Assembly (NCBI GenBank): GCA_964016885.1
Contig: OZ024746.1
Coordinates: forward strand, 27,032,001 to 27,095,836
DNA: 63,836 bases
Source: Eledone cirrhosa
Taxonomy: Eukaryota
Reading direction: 5' to 3'
A model generated the notes under the pieces. That model was given only the letters and a program-made list of their open reading frames with translations. It ran no database searches and was not told where the DNA came from. Below are positions 32,091 through 43,387 of this stretch, in pieces. Both the position numbers and the translations under genes were made by a program. How positions within the stretch are numbered: position 1 is the stretch's first letter; every line of letters starts with the position of its first letter.

Positions 32091-32399
32091 GCATGAGAAA
32101 AAAAGCAATATGAGAAAAAAAGATACTAAGTGATGGAAAGGAAAAAGTCCTCAAAACTGCAAAGCAACTATATGATCAGAAAAGTTTTTCAAAAATACTT
32201 AAGAATAGTGAATTGAAAAGTAAAACGCTCCATCTCACACCCAGTCTATCTTTCCTGACATATTTGTAGCTTTGAGACTAATTTGAGAATCAATCTTGTA
32301 TATGCTAAATAAATAAAATGTATTTTAGCGCAGATAAGCAATGTTCAGTCTAATTTTGTAATTTCTAGTTAAAGTCGTCTTTATTTTACTTGAGATGCT

Positions 32400-32660
32400 G
32401 GAATGAACTCTCCGTCGTTTCCGATAATGAATGTTCCAGTTGTTCGATCAATGGAACAGCTTACTCATGAAATTCACGTGTAAGTGGCTGAGCATACTAC
32501 AGACATATGCAGCTTTAGCGCAATTCTCAGAGAAATTCAGTCCATCAAATTTCACTTATAAAGCTTGAGTAAATGACACTTTCTCGAGATGCCATGCAGT
32601 GAAATCGAACTCGTGACCTAATAATTGCGAAGCGAACTTCGTAACCATTCGGCCATACTG
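32400..32660 (-). mobile_element. Decayed SINE, family B
   Basis: Shared core with 9135-9510; tRNA-like head on the minus strand (GAGTTCGATTTC B-box). Confidence 0.65.
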
Positions 32661-33211
32661 CATCCACAACTGCATACGCTAATATGTATTGGAAAGACAT
32701 AAACGTTACACCGTCTAATTTCTCCCCCGCTAAAATATTTGTAGCTTTGAGCCTACGATGACAATCTATCTTTTATAAGATAAATAAATAAAACTATTGT
32801 AATTTAGCACAGATAAGCGACGTTCAGTCGCCGCCCTTAAAAATTATTTGAAAGTACTGCTGTGGCTTCACATCTGAACAACAGATCAAATTCAGTTTAG
32901 AAATTAATGAAAATCAAATTATCTTAGAACGCAAGCAGTGAAAACAAATAATTCACCAATTTCCAAAGTGTAGACATATTTATTGTCGATTTACAAGACT
33001 GATTTATTGCAGGGGTTACAAAGTGTAAGTAGATTTCTGCTACATATTCATAGTGTGTTCATCTATTTTACTATATATCTATTTGTTCAGATTGTGTTTC
33101 TGTTTTAAATATATAGACAGTGTGTATGTCCCTATTGTGAACATGGCTGCCGTTTGCTACTGTAGACAAAATCAAAACATTATAGATTCTTTCATCACTG
33201 CTACTGTGACT

Positions 33212-33375
33212 GTTTGATGTTGCTGTTGTTACTGATGTTACTATTGTTGTTGTCCTTGTCACTGTTGGTTGTGCTGTTATTGTTGTTGTTGTTGTTACTG
33301 TTGTGGTTATTGTTGTTGTTATTGTTGTTACAGCTGCTTCTATTGCTGCTACTACTGCTGATGCTGCTGTTGTTA
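33212..33375. repeat. Degenerate (TGT/TGC)n trinucleotide tract
   Basis: Direct reading. Confidence 0.85.
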
Positions 33376-33619
33376 TGTCCCAAAGACAAACCCGAGTGAA
33401 CAGAATTATGAGTGAAAATCCTTTCAGTTGTAACAAACTGGTCCTTTCCTTTCTCAAGATAAAATATATCTATGACTACATTAACCTATGTATCTTGTAG
33501 TAGTAGCAAGATGTGATTCAAGGGATGTTTGGCTGTTATTTCTAATAGTCGAGTGACCACGTCGCTGCTAGCCTCAGTGGTTAATTGTAGAAAACGTTAC
33601 AATAATCAGTTATCCGGGC

Positions 33620-33780
33620 TGAGGTATGGCTGAGTTGTTAAGCAGATCATTTGGCAATAATGAGGTCCCGGGTTCGACTTCACTGCGTGACATCTTCAAC
33701 AGATGTTTTTACCTAACCCTGAGATATCTTAATTTTTTGAATGAAATTGTGTAGATGGAAACTGCATGGAACTCCGATAA
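33620..33780 (+). mobile_element. Decayed tRNA-derived SINE
   Basis: A-box-like TGGCTGAGTTG and B-box GGTTCGACT; related to 57560-57700. Confidence 0.55.
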
Positions 33781-34469
33781 ATGGATTTTATTTTTAATTC
33801 ATAGACTCAGCCTTTCCATATGGAGGGACAGGCTGTTCGGTTGATCGAACAGCTAGAACTCTCATCGTAGAAACGGACGGAGATTCCTTCCTTCTTTCCT
33901 TCCTCTTGTTATAGAGAGAAGTAGGTAATTGTATAATATATTCAATAATTTCTACACACCAGTTGGAATATGGTTCTTCCTCTATCTCCTATGTCATAGA
34001 CAAGATTATTACTCCAGAAGTGAAAAAATCTTGAAAGGCAACTTAAATATAATAGTACAAAGTTTCTGTTACATCATTCTTCAAGTATAATCGCTTGATT
34101 GTTTTTTTTGGTCAAGTATAATCGCTTTGATCATAATAAACGACTGCTTTGGTTGTAGGGAACAATTTATCATGTCTTTCAAGCATACATTTTTTATGAA
34201 CATTATCTTCTGAGTACATAAACTTGGCTAGAAAAACTGATTCTTATATTCTATAAAAATTGCAATATTAATGATATCTATTAAAGTTTAGTTGTACAGC
34301 AATTCTCGAGAAATAAATATATGCCACACGCACACATATACACATATATGTATAAAACACAGATACAGATGCTCTCAAACACATATACACGCAATATATA
34401 ATATATATTTGTACATATAAATATGTATATCATATATACATGCATGTTCACTCACATGCATACGCTCAT

Positions 34470-34513
<44 letters not shown>

Positions 34514-34969
34514 TTATTGTATTCAGCCATGTAGAGCGAAAATTGTTTTTATTTGAATGTGGCAAAGCCGGCCATTGATTGCTCGTATATAGGAAACTGA
34601 CTGGCCAGTCTGCTGATATGCAAATCTGGCTGATCAGTGGATCTGCTAATATGCTGATCTGACTGATCAGCCAGTCTGTTAATATGCAAATCAGGCCGAT
34701 CAGTCACTGTATATTTTCGAAAATAGCATATATTTTCACCAGCTCTGACAGTTTGGCAGGTGAACAGTGAGCTGTACTGATGAAGGGTGATACCCAGAAA
34801 CATTAGTGTCTGCAGTTCTGTTTACATGCCAACATAAGAGCAAGAATGAGGGGCTCATTCTACTGAAATAGCTTTAAAAATGAGGCTTGTTTGCATAATT
34901 GCAAACGAATCGAATATTATTATTAATATTCGAAAAACAGTTATTGTATTCAGCCATGTAGAGCGAAAA
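34514..34969 (+). mobile_element. Retrozyme-like ORF-less element: 427-bp unit with 29-bp terminal direct repeat and a hammerhead
   Basis: TTATTGTATTCAGCCATGTAGAGCGAAAA at 34514-34542 and 34941-34969; (TA)n flanks; hammerhead at 34769-34818. Confidence 0.75.
34769..34818 (+). ncRNA. Type I hammerhead ribozyme motif
   Basis: Stem I GAGCUGUA/UGCAGUUC (8 bp), CUGAUGA, A.A then GGGU(GAU)ACCC, GAAA, stem III ACA(UUAG)UGU, site GUC at 34810. Confidence 0.85.
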
Positions 34970-35198
34970 ATTTATATATATATATACAGATATATAAATA
35001 TATTTATTTATGTTTGTTGGTTCACCACTGGATAGAACTGGTCATTTTGTATAGTCAACCGTAATGTAATATTAGGGAGAGCACTCGACGTAATGCAACT
35101 CACCCGTCTTCGTTTGTGCTGTTGGTGGTGCGAGTACAGAGTTAATTATTATAAAATAACAGGAGGCTGGACTTGTGTAATTCCTTAAAAGGTTTATT

Positions 35199-35256
35199 AT
35201 ACTATGATCATTTCAGTGCCCGGGTTCAGTATGAATCCGGTGACATCATCAGGTAT
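35199..35256 (-). ncRNA. Type I hammerhead ribozyme motif
   Basis: AUAC-CUGAUGA-UGUCACCGGAUUCA(UAC)UGAACCCGGGCACU-GAAA-UGAUCA-UA-GUAU, immediately followed by AAUAAA. Confidence 0.8.
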
Positions 35257-35374
35257 TCGAAATTTAACAAAGGAATATAATAGACAAAATCCATGGGGCT
35301 GAAAAGCAGAGACAGGAAGGCGACCGAACATTTAGAAGCTTCTACCCCGGTCGGCCGCCTTCAATTATTATATA

Positions 35375-36730
35375 CTAGCATTAAAGCCCGGCGTTGGTCG
35401 GGGTCAGTAAGTTACCAAAGTTAGGTTGCACCACCCATTTTATGGCAGCACTTTTTTGTCTGCCAGGCACTGGGTGAATGAATTGCAGACCTGGACTGCC
35501 GAAGCAGGAGCTGCGCCAGCAGTGACAATTGTAGTTTCGCCTATGGATATTATCTCTGTGCAAAGAAGTGTTGAAATTTATTGTTTCACAGTACTTGCGC
35601 AACACGCGCGTAGACGATGCCAGCCGAACAACAGAGCTGCGATGGAGTTGTTCTGCATGGTTGTCTAATGTGTGTTTTCTAAATTTAAGACAGTAGGGAG
35701 AGGTGTGATAGGGGGGAGAGTTAGCTGCTGTTTCTAGCAGGTTTAGTGACCTCATAGAGGATATGTTTTCTAAATTTAAGACAGTAGGGAGTGGTGTGAT
35801 AGGGGGGAGAGTTAGCTGCTGTTTCTAGCAGGTTTAGTGACCTCATAGAGGATATGTTTTCTAAATTTAAGACAGTAGGGAGTGGTGTGATAGGGGGGAG
35901 AGTTAGCTGCTGTTTCTAGCAGGTTTAGTGACCTCATAGAGGATATGTTTTCTAAATTTAAGACAGTAGGGAGTGGTGTGATAGGGGGGGAGAGTTAGCT
36001 GCTGTTTCTAGCAGGTTTAGTGACCTCATAGAGGATATGTTTTCTAAATTTAAGACAGTAGGGAGTGGTGTGATAGGGGGGGGGGGAGAGTTAGCTGCTG
36101 TTTCTAGCAGGTTTAGTGACCTCATAGAGGATATGTTTTCTAAATTTAAGACAGTAGGCAGTGGTGTGATATGGGGAGAGTTAGCTGCTGTTTCTAGCAG
36201 GTTTAGAGACCTCATGGAGGATATTATTGTGTATAGTAAATAAACTGATACTTCTTTCTTCCACGTTCGTTGAGAGGTTTTAAAAAAGATTTATCGCTAT
36301 TTTTTTTGTTGTTGAATAAATTTATCTGTTGCTTTTGAATAATTGTTGTTTCGTATGAAATGTAATAAGTTCTCTTTGTCATTGAAGTAAATAAATGTTT
36401 GACCGTTCCACACTCAAAAACAAACGTTCTCTCTCTTCGGCGTTCCTAAAGGAAGTTTGTAAGCATGTATGTAGTTTTATCGAATTTTAAGGGGAGTAGA
36501 GAGAGGTAATCAGATTCTATTAGAGGGATAAAGCGTCATGTATTTAGTTTTATCGATTATTTCCATAATTGTGGGTGAGTTTGAATGAAATAAATAGTCG
36601 TTGACCTCAGTTAGATCATTTACAACACTCTTACAGACTTTGAGTCGAATCGATTTGAAATTGTGCAAATGTATAAACATGGAACATGCACACACACACA
36701 CAACAACAACAATCTGCCTTTTATAGATAA

Positions 36731-36733
<3 letters not shown>
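35375..36733 (-). mobile_element. Non-autonomous Helitron
   Basis: Minus strand starts A|TCATTATCTATAAAAGG plus microsatellite and ends with hairpin CCCGACCAACGCCGGG then CTAG|T; AT target, no TSD. Confidence 0.75.
35670..36223. repeat. Minisatellite, 6 copies of about 90 bp, inside the Helitron
   Basis: Unit TTTTCTAAATTTAAGACAGTAGGGAGTGGTGTGATAGn AGAGTTAGCTGCTGTTTCTAGCAGGTTTAGTGACCTCATAGAGGATATG. Confidence 0.95.
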
Positions 36734-36786
<53 letters not shown>

Positions 36787-37454
36787 TACTTTGCACTAGG
36801 CATTTTCTCAAGTGTAAAAAGTATAACTTCATCCTGGAACCTATTTCAGAACAATTTCCTCTTAATCTAGAATCTCATGTTTGTCTTCCCCTTTACAGAT
36901 CGATATTATTCTCGTGATAAAATATCAATATTCTGTGAATTGTACTAATTACCGTGTCAGAAGCAATAATGGATGGAGATATTTCACCAACAGCTGACAT
37001 CATTCTGTTATCAAACCTCATTAAAGACCCATGTTGCCGAGCAACGCTACACCACAACTTTTCCAGCGTGTCGTCTTCTCACATATAATGCCATTTCTTT
37101 TCTGACAGACATGCGTTGTTAAGAAACCTAAAGACAATATAAATAGCTATTATCTTCATCTTGTAAGGAATCGATAGTGATATATCCTTTTAATTCGTTT
37201 CTGAGAGTTCTTCTACGTGGCTGTTTAATTTTAAAGAATCATTCATTTTAGGATAAACAATGGTTTTTCGAGTTGCAGTGATAAGATGTCAAATATAAAT
37301 CAACCATTTACTGGTTCGATACTCACCGATTTGAGTGGACTTTAAACATTTGTTCCTGGAAAATTCTATAATTTCAATTGTTCTAATTAAAAAAAACAAC
37401 AAAACAAAAGCAAAACAAAATTCCTTTAAAGGTAAACTTAAGGCAGATATAGAA

Positions 37455-37745
37455 GGCGCATGGCCTAGTGGCTAGAACGTTGGGCTTACAGTCGTGAGGT
37501 TGTGAGATCGATTCTCGGAGCGGGTGATGCATTGTGTCCTTGAGTAAGACACTTTATTTCACGCTGCTCCAGTTCACTCAGCTGTAGAAATGAGTTGCGA
37601 CGTCACCGGTGCCGAGTTGTATCGGTCATTGTCTTTCCCTTGGACAATATCGGTGGCATAGAGAGGGGAGGTTGGTTTGCATAGGAGACTGCTGGCTTTC
37701 CCCGGACTTGTGCCTCGAAGGGGGAACTTTCTAGGTGCAAATCCT
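37455..37745 (+). mobile_element. tRNA-derived CORE-type SINE
   Basis: Head GGCGCATGGCCTAGTGG...GAGATCGATTC; CORE-like TGTGTCCTTGAGTAAGACACTT...CACTCAGCTGTAGAAATGAG. Confidence 0.75.
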
Positions 37746-37847
37746 AAAGTCAAATGAGAATCATTAGCTGTGAAAAATATGAAGTGTGAAGTGTAAATCC
37801 CTTCTACTATATAGACTATAGTCTACCCATGCCAGTATGTTATAAGG

Positions 37848-37900
37848 GAGTGTCACTGATGATAGATTAACGAATCTTGAAACAACGTTGTTTGATACTC
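37848..37900 (+). ncRNA. Type I hammerhead ribozyme motif
   Basis: Stem I GAGUGUCA/UGAUACUC, CUGAUGA, U.U then AGAUU(AACG)AAUCU, GAAA, palindromic stem III ACAACGUUGU, site GUU at 37892. Confidence 0.85.
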
Positions 37901-38369
37901 GCAAAATATACTGGAAAATTTATGATATGTTCATAGGGCAAAATGGAATATAGTATTCGTTTTCGTTTCGTTACGAAAAATTATTTTCTTCGGCAGCAAG
38001 GCTATCCATATTTTCAGTGGCGGACTTGGTCTAAAAATATTGGTTGCCAGGAGATGAAGGGGGCCCACCTACATATAGAATGCTATCATTTAATTTTTAT
38101 AATGAATAAATAACATTTATTCATTATAAAAATTTATTAACATTTACAAGTGGAAACAAAACAGTGCAATCAAATTTTTTCGAAAAAATATCTTACCTTC
38201 TCCAATAAAACATTTTTTATTTTGCGAAATCCAGAGACTTTCAGTAATGACCAGAAATCGACCCTAAATATTGCTAATATCTCTAGGATAGCCATGAACG
38301 ACACCACATCTTTTTAACTTTCATTTTGAAAGTAGGCTTATAATTATCAATGTTCATAATACTTCTATA

Positions 38370-38450
38370 ACTGTCTCGGTAGCCTAGTTGGAGGAATCAT
38401 AGACGGTGGTGATCCTGGTCCGAAGTTCGATCCTGGTCGGGAGTAGGGTT
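38370..38450 (+). mobile_element. tRNA-like SINE head
   Basis: GTCTCGGTAGCCTAGTTGG (A box) ... GTTCGATCC (B box); no intact cloverleaf. Confidence 0.45.
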
Positions 38451-38532
38451 CCCTTTTCAGTTTTTTTCTATGAGTTGTAAAATAAAAGCTGAAAAAGGTC
38501 ACACATATTTCTTGACCAGGATTGAACCCATA

Positions 38533-38567
<35 letters not shown>

Positions 38568-38969
38568 CATATATATATATACATACATATATATATACAT
38601 ACATACATATATATATACATACATATATATATACATACATATATATATACATACATATATATATACATATATATATATATACATACATATATATATACAT
38701 ATATATATATATACATACATATATATATACATACATATATATATACATATATATATATACATATATATATATATACATACATATATATATATACATACAT
38801 ATATATATACATATTGTTACACTTTGGGAGGGTCATGCTGCCAATAAGAAACACACGCACCAGTTGCTTTCACTTCAATTTAATTTATTAAATATTTATA
38901 AATTTACAAATTTATAAATTTCTGGTTGGTTGGTTGGTTCCACAACCAGATAGTTGTTTATATATATAT

Positions 38970-39014
38970 AGTCATAGTTCTTTCGTCACACACTCTGTGA
39001 CCTCTTCAGTGACT
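38970..39014 (-). ncRNA. Minimal type I hammerhead of PLE copy A
   Basis: AGUCA-CUGAAGA-G-GUCACA(GAGUG)UGUGAC-GAAA-GAAC-UA-UGACU. Confidence 0.82.
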
Positions 39015-39311
39015 GGGGATTTCTTTCTTCGTTTCTGTGCCTTTCCTTTCTTCTATCCTACGCCATTTTGTTTGTGTGTGGGTTGTGTGCTCAGTTTGCG
39101 CATGCGCCACATCCGGGTGTCTGTGTGTGTTTGTGTTCATTTTTCTATTTATATTTTTCTATTTGTTTGTTTATTTATTTATTTATTGTTGGTTGGTTGT
39201 TTGTTCTATGTGTGTGTGTGTTTTCATTTTGTCTTGTGTGTGTTTTCATTTTGTGTGTGTTTTCAATTGTAAGTTGTTTGTTCTATGTATGTGTGTGTTT
39301 TCATTTTGTCC

Positions 39312-40500
39312 TTAATTGTAAGTTGTGATGTTGCTGTTCCACTCATATTTTCTATTTAATTTTGGTTTTAATTCTTTTATGCTTACTGCCTCTGTAATTT
39401 GCCTAAACATTGCGTCTTTCTTGTGTGTGGATTCTATTTTTATTTCTATGCTCTCTAATTTACCCCTGTGTTCTATCTTAGCATGTTGGTAGAGCACAGA
39501 TGATTCTTTACTATCTTGGAGGTCTCGCCAGTGTTCATTTATTCGTTCCCCTATACTACGAGCTGTCTCACCTATGTACACTACATTTTTGTTTCTACAT
39601 TGTCCTTCAGTACATCTTATGCTATATACTACATTTCTAGTTTTACAGTTAATATGGGGGCTTATTTTACAGGTTATACATTTCTTATCTATACATGAGG
39701 GTCTTTGGAACGGGTATGTCTTGCTAATAAGTGTTTTTACGGAGGTACCAGGTCTTTCTACTATCTTAATATTGAGATTATGTTTCTTTAGGGCCCTTCT
39801 AAATTTGTAGGCTAGTTCGCCTCTAGGGGTTGTATTGATGAACATTACACTCTGGTATTTATTGCTATCATACCATGAGTTTATTCTATTGGCCTTGTTC
39901 TTAGTTCTTTCTATTCTATTCCAAAATTTGCTCCTATACAAGGGGCAGGTCCCATTTATGTCATTATTTACCATTTTTTCCCATTTGGTTCTGGCTCCTT
40001 TATACACTCTGATTCTATCTCTCTGATTGTAGCCAGAGAACTGCATACGGTGGATGAAGTGTTGTATGTGTCTCTCTAGTTCTTCGGGGTTGCACATGCG
40101 GGACACATTTCTCATCACCCGTACCAAATCCGCAATCAGTATGTTGATTTTGGTATGGTCCGAAATGGCCGAGTTTCGGTGGATCAGATGTTTGGAAGTC
40201 ATGGGTTTGGCATAATGGGAATGGAGGATTTGTTTTTGGTTGTTAATAGTATCTAACCAGAGCTCTGTGTCTAGTACAGGTAATCGATGGTTGGGGTGTC
40301 TACTTGGGTAGTCTATAGTAACTCTAATGCTCTGGTGGATGGAGTTTGCTATTTGCTGGATGCTTTCCATTGTGTTTTTCTCTAGTTCCTGACTGTTCTT
40401 TAGTGGGGGTGTCTTAACTACGATGTTTATATCATCTACGTAGCGGGAGTACATTATCAGGGTTAAGCTGTCTTCTAATTGTTCATTAAGTTTTTGTTTA
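39312..40500 (-). CDS. Penelope-like RT (C-terminal half) + GIY-YIG endonuclease, open but truncated
   Basis: YSRYVDD, HYAKPM thumb, linker CIDKKCITC, NVVYSIRC...YIGETARSIGERINEH, RQITEA...LN. Confidence 0.9.
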
Positions 40501-40601
40501 GACTTAAACAAAAACTTAAAAAACTTAATGAACAATTAGAAGACAGCTTAACCCTGATAATGTACTCCCGCTACGTAGATGATATAAACATCGTAGTTAA
40601 G

Positions 40602-40757
40602 GCTCCCATACAGCTCTGAGTTTTTCATCCTCAGTGTATACTGATTAATGTTCAGAGCCATCCTCAGCATTCTCGTGTAGCACCCATCCACCATCTGAGT
40701 GAGTTTCTTGGTCAGTGTCCAAGTCTCAGACCCATACAGCAGCACAGACTCCACTAC
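40602..40757 (-). pseudogene. RTE-clade LINE RT C-terminal fragment
   Basis: VVESVLLYGSETWTLTKKLTQMVDGCYTRMLRMALNI...NSELYG. Confidence 0.85.
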
Positions 40758-43079
40758 CAAGTTTGCATACCACAACAAATAGATGACGAGACGGAGGCAC
40801 AGTTCACCATAGCTAGAAATAAGATTAGACAAGTAGTAGACAGGTACACTATGAGACAGAGCAGACCAGAGGCCCAACAACTTGGGATAAAACCTGTAGA
40901 AGGCTTGGTTAGCCTCAAGCAGCGCACAAGGGATGGTGAGGTAGTGTGTCTACCCACAGATAAGTCTGGTAGGATGTCAATAGATAGCATGCCGAACTAC
41001 ATCGAGGCAATGCAACCCCACATCACCAACACGAGCGAAGTTGCACAACTAACACACGATGGGAGAGAAAAAATCCTCAACGCTCACATGATGATGTGGA
41101 CTGACATCCTAAAGCCAAGCAGACGCACTGCCAACAACTTCCAGGCGTCTAACAATGGCATACCACCCTTGTATGGGCTCCGCAAAGACCACAAGACAGT
41201 CGACGACCCGACAATAGGACCACCAACAAGACCTGTATGCGGAGCTAATATAGCTAGCAACTACAGGATCTCCTACTTCCTCTCAATGGTTATACGCCCC
41301 ATAATCAAGATGTCCCCAGATGTATGTGAAAGTACAGAGGACCTCCTCAGCAGAATCAGTGAGTGCAACAAAAACAGGAGCCTATCCAACTGCATAATAG
41401 GCAGCATGGATGTGGTGTCACTGTACCCATCCATTAACATTGATTTTGCTGTGAAAAGATGTGTGGAGATGATCATTGAGAGTGAGGTGGAGTTCTGCGA
41501 CGTCGACACAGACGAACTGGGCCTCCTACTTAGACTTACCTACGACACTGACTACCTAGACAGCCATGACCTTAGATGTTTCTGCCCTAGTAGACCTATA
41601 AGAGGTAGACCCCCCACCATAACCTCAATGGCTAAAAAGACTCCCATAGGAAGGTGGATTGGGTGGACCAAAGCTATACGGACCCCCCAAAACACTGATC
41701 AGGTAAGAAAAATGGTCGCACATGCAATAGGGGCTAGTATCAAAACTACCCTAAAGGGCCACATATTTAAGTTCAATGAGAAAATCTACACCCAAAATGA
41801 GGGAGCAGCCATCGGCGTCAGCATAGCTGGCGATGTTGCCAACCTTTTCATGGTATGGTGGGAAAGGAGACTTAAAGATCTCCTTAATGAAAGCTCCATA
41901 GACCTCATCATGTACTCTCGTTATGTAGACGATATCAATATAGTTATAAGAACACCCCCACTAGAGAGCACTAACAAGTTTGATTTAGAACGTAGCACGA
42001 TGGAAAGCATCCAGCAGATAGCTAATTCCATACACCAGAGTATAACTGTAACTATAGACTTCCCTTCCAAACACCCTAACAATAGACTACCTGTAGTAGA
42101 CACAGAACTCTGGATTAACACTATAGACGAGAGAGCCCAAATTCTCCACTCACACTATGCTAAACCCATGGCCTCCAAATACCTGATACTCAAAAACTCA
42201 GCAATGTCCAGTAGTGCTAAGTTTAATATTCTGATCGCAGATTTGGTACGAGTGATGAAGAATGTGTCCAGCATGTGCGACCCAACAGAAATGGAAGGAC
42301 ACATCCAACACTTCATCAACCGCATGCAGTTCTCTGGCTACAACCAAAGAGACAGAGTCAGAGTATACGAAGGAGCCATGGAAAAGTATAAGACCCTCAT
42401 AGAACTGGACATGAAAGAAATTTGCCCACTATACAGGAGCAAATCATGGAATAGCTTAGATAGGGCTAGACATAAGATAGGGAAGGCCACATCATGGTAC
42501 GACAACCAGAGATATCAGAGTGTCATGTTTGTGGACGCCACCCCTGGAGGGAAATTAGCTAACCAGTGTAGAAAGGCCCTGAGAAAGACCCACTTAAAAA
42601 TAAAGGTGGTAGAAAAGCCAGGAACCACCATAAAATCCCTGATCAGCAAAACCTACCCTTTTAAGAAAACCCACTGTACCAATAGGAAATGTATCATATG
42701 TAAGGTGAACCCCCGGATAAACTGTAAAACTAGAAACGTAGTCTATAGCATAAGATGTACAGAGGGTACTTGCAGAAACACGACAACAACATACATAGGT
42801 GAGACAGCTCGTAGCATAGGTGAAAGGATAGACCAACACTGGGGGGAACTAAAAGGACGAAAAAACGGGTCAGTACTATACGAACATGCTAGACAACATC
42901 ATGACGGTAACATAGACAACATAGAAATTAGAATAATATCTAAACATAGGAATGACCCAGCAGATAGGCAAATCAGAGAGGCCAGTGAAATAGAAATTAG
43001 AAGACCAAAGCTAAACAGAAAGAATGAGTGGAACAACAACAACACCCAAACAAACAACACTGACCTAAGAGAAGTATAA
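40758..43079 (+). CDS. Penelope-like RT + GIY-YIG endonuclease (possibly Naiad clade), frame open from the junction
   Basis: TDKSG, LYGLRKDHK, PTRPVC, SMDVVSLYPSI, GAAIG, YVDD, CTNRKCIIC linker, NVVY...YIGET, CCHH-like C..C/H..H; frame open about 31 codons upstream of the ATG at 40851. Confidence 0.92.
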   Translation, partial: QVCIPQQIDDETEAQFTIARNKIRQVVDRYTMRQSRPEAQQLGIKPVEGLVSLKQRTRDGEVVCLPTDKSGRMSIDSMPNYIEAMQPHITNTSEVAQLTHDGREKILNAHMMMWTDILKPSRRTANNFQASNNGIPPLYGLRKDHKTVDDPTIGPPTRPVCGANIASNYRISYFLSMVIRPIIKMSPDVCESTEDLLSRISECNKNRSLSNCIIGSMDVVSLYPSINIDFAVKRCVEMIIESEVEFCDVDTDELGLLLRLTYDTDYLDSHDLRCFCPSRPIRGRPPTITSMAKKTPIGRWIGWTKAIRTPQNTDQVRKMVAHAIGASIKTTLKGHIFKFNEKIYTQNEGAAIGVSIAGDVANLFMVWWERRLKDLLNESSIDLIMYSRYVDDINIVIRTPPLESTNKFDLERSTMESIQQIANSIHQSITVTIDFPSKHPNNRLPVVDTELWINTIDERAQILHSHYAKPMASKYLILKNSAMSSSAKFNILIADLVRVMKNVSSMCDPTEMEGHIQHFINRMQFSGYNQRDRVRVYEGAMEKYKTLIELDMKEICPLYRSKSWNSLDRARHKIGKATSWYDNQRYQSVMFVDATPGGKLANQCRKALRKTHLKIKVVEKPGTTIKSLISKTYPFKKTHCTNRKCIICKVNPRINCKTRNVVYSIRCTEGTCRNTTTTYIGETARSIGERIDQHWGELKGRKNGSVLYEHARQHHDGNIDNIEIRIISKHRNDPADRQIREASEIEIRRPKLNRKNEWNNNNTQTNNTDLREV

Positions 43080-43344
43080 ATAAATAAGTAAATTAAATAA
43101 AATAAAATAAGATAAATAAATACATACACAAGCACATAAACACACACTAGTCACCCAGCAGACAACACTATACACACTAGTCACACATCACACATAACAC
43201 TATACACACACGCAAACGCATGCGCAAAGAAGACAAAATAAAATAAGATAAACAAACAAGCAAATAAATAAATAAATATATAGACAGACTGAACAAAAAA
43301 AAATGGCGTAGACATACAACACAACAGGAGGAACAATGAATATA

Positions 43345-43387
43345 ACACCACTGACGATGTTGCAGATGTGCAACGAAAGATTTATGT
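43345..43387 (+). ncRNA. Minimal type I hammerhead of PLE copy B
   Basis: CA-CUGACGA-U-GUUGCA(GAUG)UGCAAC-GAAA-GAUU-UA-UG; same position and layout as in copy A with a covarying stem II; stem I weak. Confidence 0.72.

Larger units (their letters stand above)
38815..40601 (-). mobile_element. Penelope-like element copy A (5'-truncated, with 5' fold-back)
   Basis: RT C-terminal half + GIY-YIG ORF, 3' hammerhead, terminus TGACCCTCCCAAAGTGTAACA; inverted duplication 40413-40500/40505-40601. Confidence 0.9.

Noticed and set aside
35670-36223. Regular repeats as a CRISPR array
   Set aside because: Units are contiguous with no unique spacers, no cas genes, eukaryotic context
36899-37000. Exon after a good acceptor (also about 49877 and 62370-62442)
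   Set aside because: Short frames with no recognisable peptide or matching splice partner
38015-38340. hAT-like terminus CAGTGGCGGA with possible transposase tail
   Set aside because: No matching second TIR or TSD found; peptide similarity too weak
38370-38450. Functional tRNA gene
   Set aside because: A and B boxes present but acceptor and anticodon stems do not pair; SINE head
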